Source: an uncultured Candidatus Saccharibacteria bacterium
GTDB taxonomy: Bacteria > Patescibacteriota > Saccharimonadia > Saccharimonadales > JAUPVS01
Assembly (NCBI GenBank): GCA_964410185.1
Contig: CAYPFM010000004.1
Coordinates: forward strand, 4,134 to 68,133
Reading direction: 5' to 3'
DNA length: 64,000 nt
Part shown: piece after piece, positions 9,563 to 16,308 of the stretch
How positions within the stretch are numbered: the first letter of the stretch is position 1
How the letters are laid out: each line of letters starts with the position of its first letter
Notes under the pieces: model-generated
Told to the model about the DNA's origin: nothing
The model's input: only the letters and a program-made list of their open reading frames with translations
Database searches by the model: none
Made by a program: the position numbers and the translations under genes

Positions 9563-9965
9563 GGGGCTGAATTTTAAGCTCGACGTTGGACTTTATCAGT
9601 TAGATCCCGCAGGTCGCTTACTCAGCGTTATAGGGTAACCAAGTATAGATGCAACATCTAAACTTCGCGATGCTAAGGTAGCTGTAGCAAACTTGTTTGC
9701 ACGCAGTGACTTTGCTTTCGCACTAGCTGCCTAATTCGTTAGACAGCCGTTTCGCAATCGATACCAGGTAGATTAACGAAGCGCTATATCATCTGGTTGC
9801 TTGCTCATACCTGACTCAAGATGAGTACTAAGACTATGAGTCTGCTCGATGCGTTGTTTGGTCTACTCATAGACGCATCGCTAAGACCAATAAGTAGACT
9901 ACACCTGTAGACGGCTAACAAAGATAAACTAGCGGACCCGGGGGCAGTACCCGGCAGCTCCACCA
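9563..9965 (+). ncRNA. ssrA: tmRNA (transfer-messenger RNA)
   Basis: The 5' GGGGCTG pairs with the 3' CAGCTCC-ACCA, including the G3:U pair. UCGACG lies near the 5' end. An internal tag ORF at 9687-9734 (GCA AAC ... GCT GCC TAA) encodes ANLFARSDFAFALAA. The 3' end aligns in layout with E. coli GGACGCGGGUUCAACUCCCGCCAGCUCCACCA. Confidence 0.88.
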
Positions 9966-11478
9966 TAAGAGACTTTTCGGTAAACGAAAGGTCTTTTTTG
10001 ATTGGCTCTAAGGAGTAAAGAGGGCTTATTCGAGGGGTGCCAACTTTTTGCTGGGAGTTAAACGATATCCCGCCTGGGAGTATGAGTTGTTGGCACCGCA
10101 CCCTCTCGTCATGATCAAGTTTCCACCAATCCTCGCGAAGCTTGTCGGTATAACTTAATCCAAAGTTCACGAAATCAAGCATACCAGCATCAAGATTATC
10201 CTTTGTGCTGATCACGTCTTTGACCTGATGGATTTCAAGTTTGATTTTGTCTATCTCTAGGCGGAGGTCTTGTTTGTATTCATGGTTCGCTCTTGCCATT
10301 TCCCGGACCAAACTAGACTTTTCTTCTTCGAGTGTGGCTACTTGTTTTTTGAGGGACTTGATTTCTTTAAGTGTTGCACTCTGTTTTTCTTTCCATACTA
10401 TTTCCAGAGCCTCGATAAAAGCTGACTGTTGTTTGCCAGTGTACTTAATTCTTGAGAGCCTTTCTGATATCTTTTCGTGTACCACATCGCGATGGTAGGC
10501 TTTCCTGCAAGTTCTACAGTGGTACTTATTGTAGTAGCGAGTCACCTTTTTTGCGTAGCCGTTATTCTTCCTCGATCCTGTAAACTTGCTATTTTCACCG
10601 CAATCTTCGCAGAAAAGAAGCTTGTTCATTGGAAACTCGGGGTTGTATTGCTTGCGTGGCCCTCTCAGTCTTACCTTGCCCGTAAACATTTCTACTAGCT
10701 GGTCATGATCATCCTGCGTAATCATTGGGGGATGCAAACCATTTTCGTTCCTAGCATTAACTTGCTTTTTGATTTCCACGATGCCTGCGTAGTATGGATC
10801 CAACAAAATGGCCCTGAACTTATCTGTTTTATATGGTGCGTGGTTGGTTGTAAACTCGCTTTGATTGAGACGCTTGAGTGCCTGAAGGGGAGTATATAAT
10901 CCACCGAGAACATCGTTGAATGCCCTTTGTAGGGGTTTAAAGGTTGTAGGATGAGGCTGGTGAATGCCAGGCTTCGAGCCCTTTTGATAACCAGGTTTTG
11001 GAGGCATGGTATAGCGACCTTCTTTTATGGCTGCACGGTGCCCCGATATTGACTTACGCTGCCGCTCCTCGTTACTGCCCTCAGCCTGCATGAACTTAGT
11101 GAATTTAAGCATCTTAGACATTAAATCGTCTCTGTTAAGACTCATATCGGATGCATACCAAACTTTTACATTCAAGAGGCTAAAAGTCACCTCATAGTAC
11201 GGGCCTTCGTACGCAGACCTCATGAATCGGTCTGGCTCATCAACAATCAAATACCTTACTCTTTTGTTTTGCTTACAAAAGTCGAGCATTTCTCTCAAGT
11301 CCTTTCGGGTTACGTTTGTCCCCGCTTTGCTCGAGACGTTGCCAGACCAGTTCTTGATTATCTCCACGTCTAATGCTTTGGCGGCATTACGAACAGAAAT
11401 CTCTTGTCGATTCAAACTATTGTTCTCTCGTTGCTCCGCAGTCGACACCCTACAAAGTGATATGGCTAGTTCGCGCAC
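9805..11478 (-). CDS. large serine recombinase (integrase), integrated-state form with 52 C-terminal codons antisense to tmRNA
   Basis: The N-terminal resolvase catalytic motif is LCRVSTAEQRENNSLNRQE. A Cys-rich zinc-ribbon segment reads CEDCGENSKF...YHCRTCRKAY. A long coiled-coil segment follows (LKKQVATLEEEKSSLVREM...). The start is GTG at 11478. Confidence 0.9.
   Translation of the reverse strand: MRELAISLCRVSTAEQRENNSLNRQEISVRNAAKALDVEIIKNWSGNVSSKAGTNVTRKDLREMLDFCKQNKRVRYLIVDEPDRFMRSAYEGPYYEVTFSLLNVKVWYASDMSLNRDDLMSKMLKFTKFMQAEGSNEERQRKSISGHRAAIKEGRYTMPPKPGYQKGSKPGIHQPHPTTFKPLQRAFNDVLGGLYTPLQALKRLNQSEFTTNHAPYKTDKFRAILLDPYYAGIVEIKKQVNARNENGLHPPMITQDDHDQLVEMFTGKVRLRGPRKQYNPEFPMNKLLFCEDCGENSKFTGSRKNNGYAKKVTRYYNKYHCRTCRKAYHRDVVHEKISERLSRIKYTGKQQSAFIEALEIVWKEKQSATLKEIKSLKKQVATLEEEKSSLVREMARANHEYKQDLRLEIDKIKLEIHQVKDVISTKDNLDAGMLDFVNFGLSYTDKLREDWWKLDHDERVRCQQLILPGGISFNSQQKVGTPRISPLYSLEPIKKDLSFTEKSLMVELPGTAPGSASLSLLAVYRCSLLIGLSDASMSRPNNASSRLIVLVLILSQV
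9956..9965 (+). repeat. attL core, AGCTCCACCA (left copy of a 10-bp direct repeat)
   Basis: An identical 10-mer lies at 14709-14718. It forms the tmRNA acceptor 3' strand and CCA end. Confidence 0.75.
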
Positions 11479-11492
11479 AAGAACCCCCGATC

Positions 11493-11714
11493 TTAATAAT
11501 CAAATTCAACATACCCCCTGCCTTCTGGGATTATCGACTGCTCTGAGTCAGTATTCAAGTCCTTGTACTCTGATTCATATCTCGAGAAGAGAAAGTTAGC
11601 CAACTCTAAAAGCTCTCGTTGGGTCAAGCTGTCTGGTGTTTTTTTGATAAATTGAATACGGTTTCCCGGTAATCGGGTATGGGGAGCAGAAGAGTCGGGG
11701 TCGTGACGAAGCAT
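11493..11714 (-). CDS. hypothetical 73-aa protein upstream of the integrase (candidate directionality or regulatory factor)
   Basis: The ORF ends 14 nt before the integrase start on the same strand. No motif was recognised. Confidence 0.4.
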   Translation of the reverse strand: MLRHDPDSSAPHTRLPGNRIQFIKKTPDSLTQRELLELANFLFSRYESEYKDLNTDSEQSIIPEGRGYVEFDY

Positions 11715-12199
11715 TTTTTAGCACCGAGTTAACGCCCGTTTCGTTTTTACTCGTTGCTTCGTAATGCTATTAGTTCGTCATGCGTCCTGGGCTTAATTGC
11801 ACTATAGCACCAAAGCAGATATTGTCAAGAGGCTAATGCTTATCCCGAGAATTTTCGTTCCGCGTTTACGCTAATACCCACTATGAGCTTACGAGACCCA
11901 CGTTTATACCTTAGAAGGTTAGGCTTTGTTAGTCCTAAAACATCCTTTTTCTTCCTTATAAATTCGACACTTTGTTAGGGCACTCTCGGTGGTTTCCGGC
12001 CGTTCGTATACGCCTTTGGTGTCAGTAGGCTGGCTTCCACGCATGGCCACGGGTTAAGGTTGAATATTCTGCTGTACGGTGGATGGGACCCGAACGGTTC
12101 TGGCCCCTGGGTGTCACCAGTCTTATTTTGTGTAATAATACCTCCAAGCGATGCAAGTCGCCCACGACCTAACCCGAGCAATCGGTATGGTCATGAAAT

Positions 12200-12241
12200 C
12201 TACGTGAATATTAATCCCGTCGTTGGGTTCTATTCACGTAG
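12200..12241. repeat. 11-bp perfect inverted repeat CTACGTGAATA / TATTCACGTAG with a 20-nt spacer
   Basis: It was read directly from the sequence. It lies about 90 nt upstream of the cargo membrane-protein gene. Confidence 0.6.
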
Positions 12242-12331
12242 TCGTAGCTGGAAACAGTTATGGTGGCCTCGGTCACGCCTCAGCGGCGGGTTTTTAATTG
12301 CCGCCTGCTGCCACTAACATTAGGAAGCATC

Positions 12332-12844
12332 ATGGAATTATTTACTACCCCGCCAAATTCACCCATACTTGCCGCGCTCATTATTGTTTATTTTCTGCTA
12401 GCAGCAGTAACAACTTTTGAAATAAGAGTAATTCAGTCACAAAAAAGTAAAGTTCAACAGGCCGGCCAGGTATCGTTGCCTGCTTGGACAGGTATTTTCG
12501 CTTATTTAATGTGGTTAGCCTGGTTGGCGATCTTTTTGTTGAACTGGCAACTTGCGCTGGTGGTTTTTGTACTCAAGTTCATTCTCAAAGTTTTGCCTGT
12601 TCTGGAAATCTTCGGTAGCTTCATCCTGACACCTATCAAACGCACACAACTCGGTACAAATGACGGAGAAAGTAGTGACGAAAGCCGGAATCGTTTAATC
12701 GAAAACTTGGAGAGCATTAAGAATGGCAAAACTTCGCCGGAGGCAAAACAGCGTTTTTCGTCTAAGTTAATCAAGGCGTCGCCATTGAGCGAAGAAGAAA
12801 AGCTCCAATTACTCGAACGGCTTGAGAGCGATTATAAGCGGTAA
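12332..12844 (+). CDS. hypothetical membrane protein (about 3 TM segments plus a charged C-terminal tail), element cargo
   Basis: ATG at 12332 is preceded by aggaag. The hydrophobic segments are ILAALIIVYFLLAAV, IFAYLMWLAWLAIFLL and LALVVFVLKFIL. The track start at 12260 would place hairpins inside the coding sequence. Confidence 0.6.
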   Translation: MELFTTPPNSPILAALIIVYFLLAAVTTFEIRVIQSQKSKVQQAGQVSLPAWTGIFAYLMWLAWLAIFLLNWQLALVVFVLKFILKVLPVLEIFGSFILTPIKRTQLGTNDGESSDESRNRLIENLESIKNGKTSPEAKQRFSSKLIKASPLSEEEKLQLLERLESDYKR

Positions 12845-13034
12845 AAGACCTTCGAGAGGGTAAATAGGCATGCCGTTTTTTTAAATGGCTTACAGGGCCT
12901 TACAAACAGTCTGATGGCATATAGCACTCGACATATGAGAGTGCCAATAGTATAATGGCGGTATTAAGTGGAGGCCCTCGGTTTACTACCCCTGGTCACC
13001 ACCTGATGACCATTATTTAAGCGAGGGTAATATC

Positions 13035-13604
13035 ATGAGAGATCAATTCTTTAAGGTACCGCTTCATCACTATAAGTCGGACCTTCTTGACAATATTAGT
13101 CAGGCGATTAGGCGGACAAACGCAAAGGAGCTTGACGACGATTTTGGCAGGGAGGCCATTATGCGACATAAGCTCGACAGTGTAGCCATAGACTGGGACA
13201 CGCTCCAGATGCTTCCTGACCACCGTGAGGAAAGAGTAATCTCTGAAGGTATGCTTGGCCCCGAAGAACAAGTGATACCAGTTTACACTTTCGAAGTAAA
13301 ATTTACAGGGGACAGACGCTTATTTGGCATCAGTCCAAGCACTAGTCGGGTATGGACTTTTCACGCAGATGTCACCGGTGACACGATCTCTTTCCAGATT
13401 AGAGGCGCCGATAAAGCCAAGCTGGAACAAGTAAAGGCCAATCTGACCCACGACATTGGGCAGCTTAACCAGGAGATAGCTGGTTTTAACAATGAGCTTG
13501 AACAAGTTGTGACCTCGGGGATCGAGGCGCGTAAAAAAGTACTAGCCGAAAACAACAAGGGCCAAGATGTCTTCGGTGTTCCTATTAAAACGACGAAAGA
13601 ATAA
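13035..13604 (+). CDS. hypothetical 189-aa protein, element cargo
   Basis: This is a long ORF with normal amino-acid composition and a C-terminal coiled-coil-like segment. A TATAAT box lies about 80 nt upstream. No family was recognised. Confidence 0.65.
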   Translation: MRDQFFKVPLHHYKSDLLDNISQAIRRTNAKELDDDFGREAIMRHKLDSVAIDWDTLQMLPDHREERVISEGMLGPEEQVIPVYTFEVKFTGDRRLFGISPSTSRVWTFHADVTGDTISFQIRGADKAKLEQVKANLTHDIGQLNQEIAGFNNELEQVVTSGIEARKKVLAENNKGQDVFGVPIKTTKE

Positions 13605-13610
13605 GCTGTA

Positions 13611-14501
13611 ATGGATAAGCCGGAGGAAGAATTAAAAAAGGCTTTAGAGAGTGGTGATGGTCCCCCAATCTTAAGATTTATTATTGCAACTTTGGCTGGC
13701 GCCTCATCGGCTGCGGGGCAAGCGATCGGTGCCAAAGTTGGAGGTGCTGCTGGCGCCCAGGCAGGTGAGGTTGTAGGTAACGTCGCTGCGGGTGCTATCG
13801 GGGGTGTTCTGAGCGCCAGTTCCGAGAAAGACCAGAGGAGAATCAACGAAATAGTACAGATGTGGCTAAAAATGCAGTCTGACGAAATAAAAGAGATAGG
13901 CACTACTATGTTTGAGGTGATGGCTCGCCTGGATTTAGAAGATGAGCGAGTCCGAGAACGCTTAGAGAGCCCTGAGTACCTAAGGCTCATTAAGAAGTGC
14001 TTTCGTGACTGGTCTGCTGCCGAGAGTGAAGAAAAGCGTGTCTTAATCAGGAATCTGCTAATTAATGCTGCCGGTGCCCACATCACCACAGATGACGTAG
14101 TAAGTTTATTTGTTACGTGGATCGATAACTACTCCGAAGGTCATTTTAAAATAATTCGAGCAATCTACAACCATGACGGGAGTACTCGCAGGGATATCTG
14201 GCTCCGCATGAATGAGACAACTGTGTTGCCACGAGAGAACTCCCCAGAGGCCGATTTATTTAAGCTGCTTGTTCAGGATCTCAACATGGGCCACCTGATT
14301 CGTCAGCATCGGCCAGTTGATCATGCTGGTAACTTTATAAAGCAACAGCCAATACGTCGTGGGAGCGGGGGAGGTCAGGGCTTTACCTCGGCCTTTGATC
14401 AGGCAAAGCGGTATGAACTTACCGGGCTTGGAGAGCAGTTTGTGCACTACACTATGTCAGAGTTTGTTAAGAAAATTAGCGCTCCAGCAACAGATCAGTA
14501 A
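13611..14501 (+). CDS. hypothetical 296-aa protein with an N-terminal Gly/Ala-rich glycine-zipper segment, element cargo
   Basis: It starts 6 nt after the previous stop. The segment FIIATLAGASSAAGQAIGAKVGGAAGAQAGEVVGNVAAGAIGGVL has a GxxxG-type periodicity. Confidence 0.65.
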   Translation: MDKPEEELKKALESGDGPPILRFIIATLAGASSAAGQAIGAKVGGAAGAQAGEVVGNVAAGAIGGVLSASSEKDQRRINEIVQMWLKMQSDEIKEIGTTMFEVMARLDLEDERVRERLESPEYLRLIKKCFRDWSAAESEEKRVLIRNLLINAAGAHITTDDVVSLFVTWIDNYSEGHFKIIRAIYNHDGSTRRDIWLRMNETTVLPRENSPEADLFKLLVQDLNMGHLIRQHRPVDHAGNFIKQQPIRRGSGGGQGFTSAFDQAKRYELTGLGEQFVHYTMSEFVKKISAPATDQ

Positions 14502-14587
14502 CTTGGTCGGGATGTCTTGACCGGAGTGTTTCCTCTAGCCTGGAGATGCGGTGATCAGCACTAGGCTTAAGGGGCTCAGTACGTACC

Positions 14588-14718
14588 TCAAGGACGGGGG
14601 TGATACCCGTTGAGCACATCCTTGTTCTTATGCCTTGACCAATCTACGGCCAGGATATTCTTCCAGCGCCCCTGTTCTTGTGTGAGCCGGTGCCAATTAT
14701 CTCGCACAAGCTCCACCA
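14588..14718 (-). other. displaced 3' coding segment of the serine integrase (joins in frame on excision)
   Basis: The minus-strand frame reads VELVRDNWHRLTQEQGRWKNILAVDWSRHKNKDVLNGYHPRP-stop. Its codon phase relative to the 10-bp core is identical to that at attL. Confidence 0.7.
14709..14718 (+). repeat. attR core, AGCTCCACCA (right copy of the 10-bp direct repeat)
   Basis: It is identical to 9956-9965. The flanks diverge immediately on both sides. Confidence 0.75.
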
Positions 14719-14916
14719 AGAAAAATGACTCATCGCAAGATGGGTCTTTTTTCTTGGCAGGGAATATGTGTCGGGTACTGCCCGAGAGGGTGAGAACCGC
14801 CACGGGCAGTTCTCACCCCATGAATACAGTTACCTCTGCGATTTGGCTACTATTTGCTTATGCTTGCAATGTCCCAAACCTCAATCTATAGTGCCACGAA
14901 AGCAAGGAGACGTACT

Positions 14917-15438
14917 ATGCCGCAAATTGATAAAATTGAACTAGTTGGGGATGCTTTTTATATGGCTTGCCCGTCCTATGAAGAAGCAGGAAAGAGCATT
15001 GCTAAAGAAAGTCCTGACAAGTATTTGACCATAGTGAAACCCTTTATGCCCTCTGTACTCGGTTGCTTGGTAGAGGTAGATGGTCAACAATCAATCAGGC
15101 TAGTTGGAGAACAAAGAGCCGGTGTCGTCCCACGCCATATGCATGGCCTACAAGAAGGCGTTACGGCTTCCACATTATCTTCGTTGGAAATCGACTTAGT
15201 TGCGCATGTTGAACCAAGGGACAGCGAGTTGCTAGATAGGGGTTTAGCCTGGGTAGCCGTTGGAGCCGAAGCAAAGCCGCTCTTTAAGATGGGTATCCTG
15301 CCACATTCTGGTGCCACCGCTAGTGAAATTACTGAACGTTTAATAATTGCAGAGTTTCGGGCAGTTGAAATGATAAATGGCGTTCTAAATTCAGACCCAC
15401 TTGCTCCGTATTCACAGAAATATTCCGCCGCCGCGTAA
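14917..15438 (+). CDS. hypothetical protein
   Basis: ATG at 14917 is preceded by aaggag at a 7-nt spacing. No motif was recognised. Confidence 0.6.
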   Translation: MPQIDKIELVGDAFYMACPSYEEAGKSIAKESPDKYLTIVKPFMPSVLGCLVEVDGQQSIRLVGEQRAGVVPRHMHGLQEGVTASTLSSLEIDLVAHVEPRDSELLDRGLAWVAVGAEAKPLFKMGILPHSGATASEITERLIIAEFRAVEMINGVLNSDPLAPYSQKYSAAA

Positions 15439-15525
15439 GCAGGGCGAATACCCCCGAGGTACTACTAGTTTCTTTCGGTTTTCAGCGCAAGAAGGGTCCT
15501 TTTCTTTGAAAAACTTGACGAAAAG

Positions 15526-15534
15526 TGGTATAAT
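15526..15534 (+). promoter_or_regulatory. extended -10 box TGGTATAAT
   Basis: The exact sequence TGGTATAAT lies 7 nt upstream of ATG 15542, giving a leaderless-type layout. Confidence 0.55.
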
Positions 15535-15541
15535 AATACCT

Positions 15542-16273
15542 ATGGAAATGGTTCGTCATACGGTTATACCAGACTCTCATGGTCAATATGAGCTGGTTAG
15601 CCGCATGATCGATCATCACTTAGACATGACCGACCACTTCTTGTTCTTGGGTGATGTTCTCAACGGGCCTAATAGTGCTAAGTTGATTCAGTTGATTCGT
15701 TCGCTCGGGGAGCGAGCGACGACCATCGTCGGTAACCATGAATGGGTCGCCCGTAATGCCCTGAGCCATTCGATTGACCCAATGGTGGCAGTCTGGCGGG
15801 ATGAAATCTGGCCAGGTTACGAGGAGGATACGCTGCAAAGTTATGGCATTCATCCAACCGGCAAGTGGTCGCGTGATGCCCAAGCATTGCAGGAAGTCAT
15901 GGCCGAAACAGGCGACTTGGACTGGCTACACAGCTTGCGTCCATACTTTGAAACCGACCAATTTATTGGTGTGCACGCTGGACCGGAACGAAACTTTGCT
16001 TGGGCAGAGCAGGCTGCTGCCATGGATCTGCTGATTGGCTACGACGCGCGGCTGCATGATGAACCCGCCCCAATCTTTGATGGCCGACTGGGCGCGATTA
16101 AAGATGTGCCAGAGCTGGTTGATGCACGCACATTTGTTACTGGACACCTTCACCTGACGCTTCCGGCAGAGCAACGCCGTGCTGAGCGCAAGATCGGGCT
16201 GGCATCACCGCTTAACAGGGGCGCACCACTCTACGTGTGGCAGAGTGACCAAGACCGTATTTACGCGCATTGA
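15542..16273 (+). CDS. metallophosphoesterase (calcineurin-like phosphatase family)
   Basis: Motifs IPDSHG, GDVLNGP, GNHE and GHLH are present. Confidence 0.8.
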   Translation: MEMVRHTVIPDSHGQYELVSRMIDHHLDMTDHFLFLGDVLNGPNSAKLIQLIRSLGERATTIVGNHEWVARNALSHSIDPMVAVWRDEIWPGYEEDTLQSYGIHPTGKWSRDAQALQEVMAETGDLDWLHSLRPYFETDQFIGVHAGPERNFAWAEQAAAMDLLIGYDARLHDEPAPIFDGRLGAIKDVPELVDARTFVTGHLHLTLPAEQRRAERKIGLASPLNRGAPLYVWQSDQDRIYAH

Positions 16274-16308
16274 CATGCACGCAAAACATTATATAATCAA
16301 AAGTAGTT

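Larger units (their letters stand above)
9966..14718. mobile_element. 4753-bp integrative element inserted in the tmRNA 3' end
   Basis: It is bounded by the 10-bp direct repeat. A serine integrase gene abuts attL. An in-frame integrase 3' segment lies at attR. Spot GC counts are lower here than in flanking core genes. Confidence 0.75.

Noticed and set aside
12085-12119. A tRNA-like 3' end (...GGGACCCGAACGGTTCTGGCCCCTGGGTGTCACCA), considered as a possible displaced tmRNA or tRNA fragment
   Set aside because: I could not fold a T-arm and acceptor stem. The 17 nt before the putative acceptor strand do not form a 5-7-5 hairpin. Apart from GGACCCG there is no similarity to the tmRNA 3' end. The real second att copy is at 14709.
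11975-12317. ORFs 11975-12181 (minus) and 12060-12317 (plus) in the non-coding centre of the element
   Set aside because: They have no RBS and an implausible Pro/Gly/Arg-rich composition. They overlap each other and the inverted repeats. The region is treated as non-coding.
12260-12331. The track start (12260) for the cargo membrane protein
   Set aside because: It would put a strong hairpin (12281-12310) and a non-hydrophobic 24-aa extension inside the CDS. ATG 12332 has an aggaag RBS and begins directly before the first TM segment.
12845-12900. A terminator after the cargo membrane-protein gene (GGCATGCC followed by TTTTTTT)
   Set aside because: The palindrome is only 8 nt with no loop, so it is too weak to call as a terminator. 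The T-run alone is not sufficient evidence.
13361-14089. A 242-aa minus-strand ORF overlapping the two cargo genes of the element
   Set aside because: The composition is Ser/Pro/Ala/Thr-rich and low-complexity, which is typical of an antisense frame. It has no RBS. The plus-strand ORFs have normal composition, tight coupling and an upstream TATAAT box.
14610-14891. A 93-aa plus-strand ORF, and the N-terminal 28 codons of the minus ORF 14588-14803, across attR
   Set aside because: The plus ORF spans the att core and has no start signals. Only the part of the minus ORF to the left of the core (14588-14718) makes sense, as the integrase 3' segment. The codons to the right of the core are host flank.
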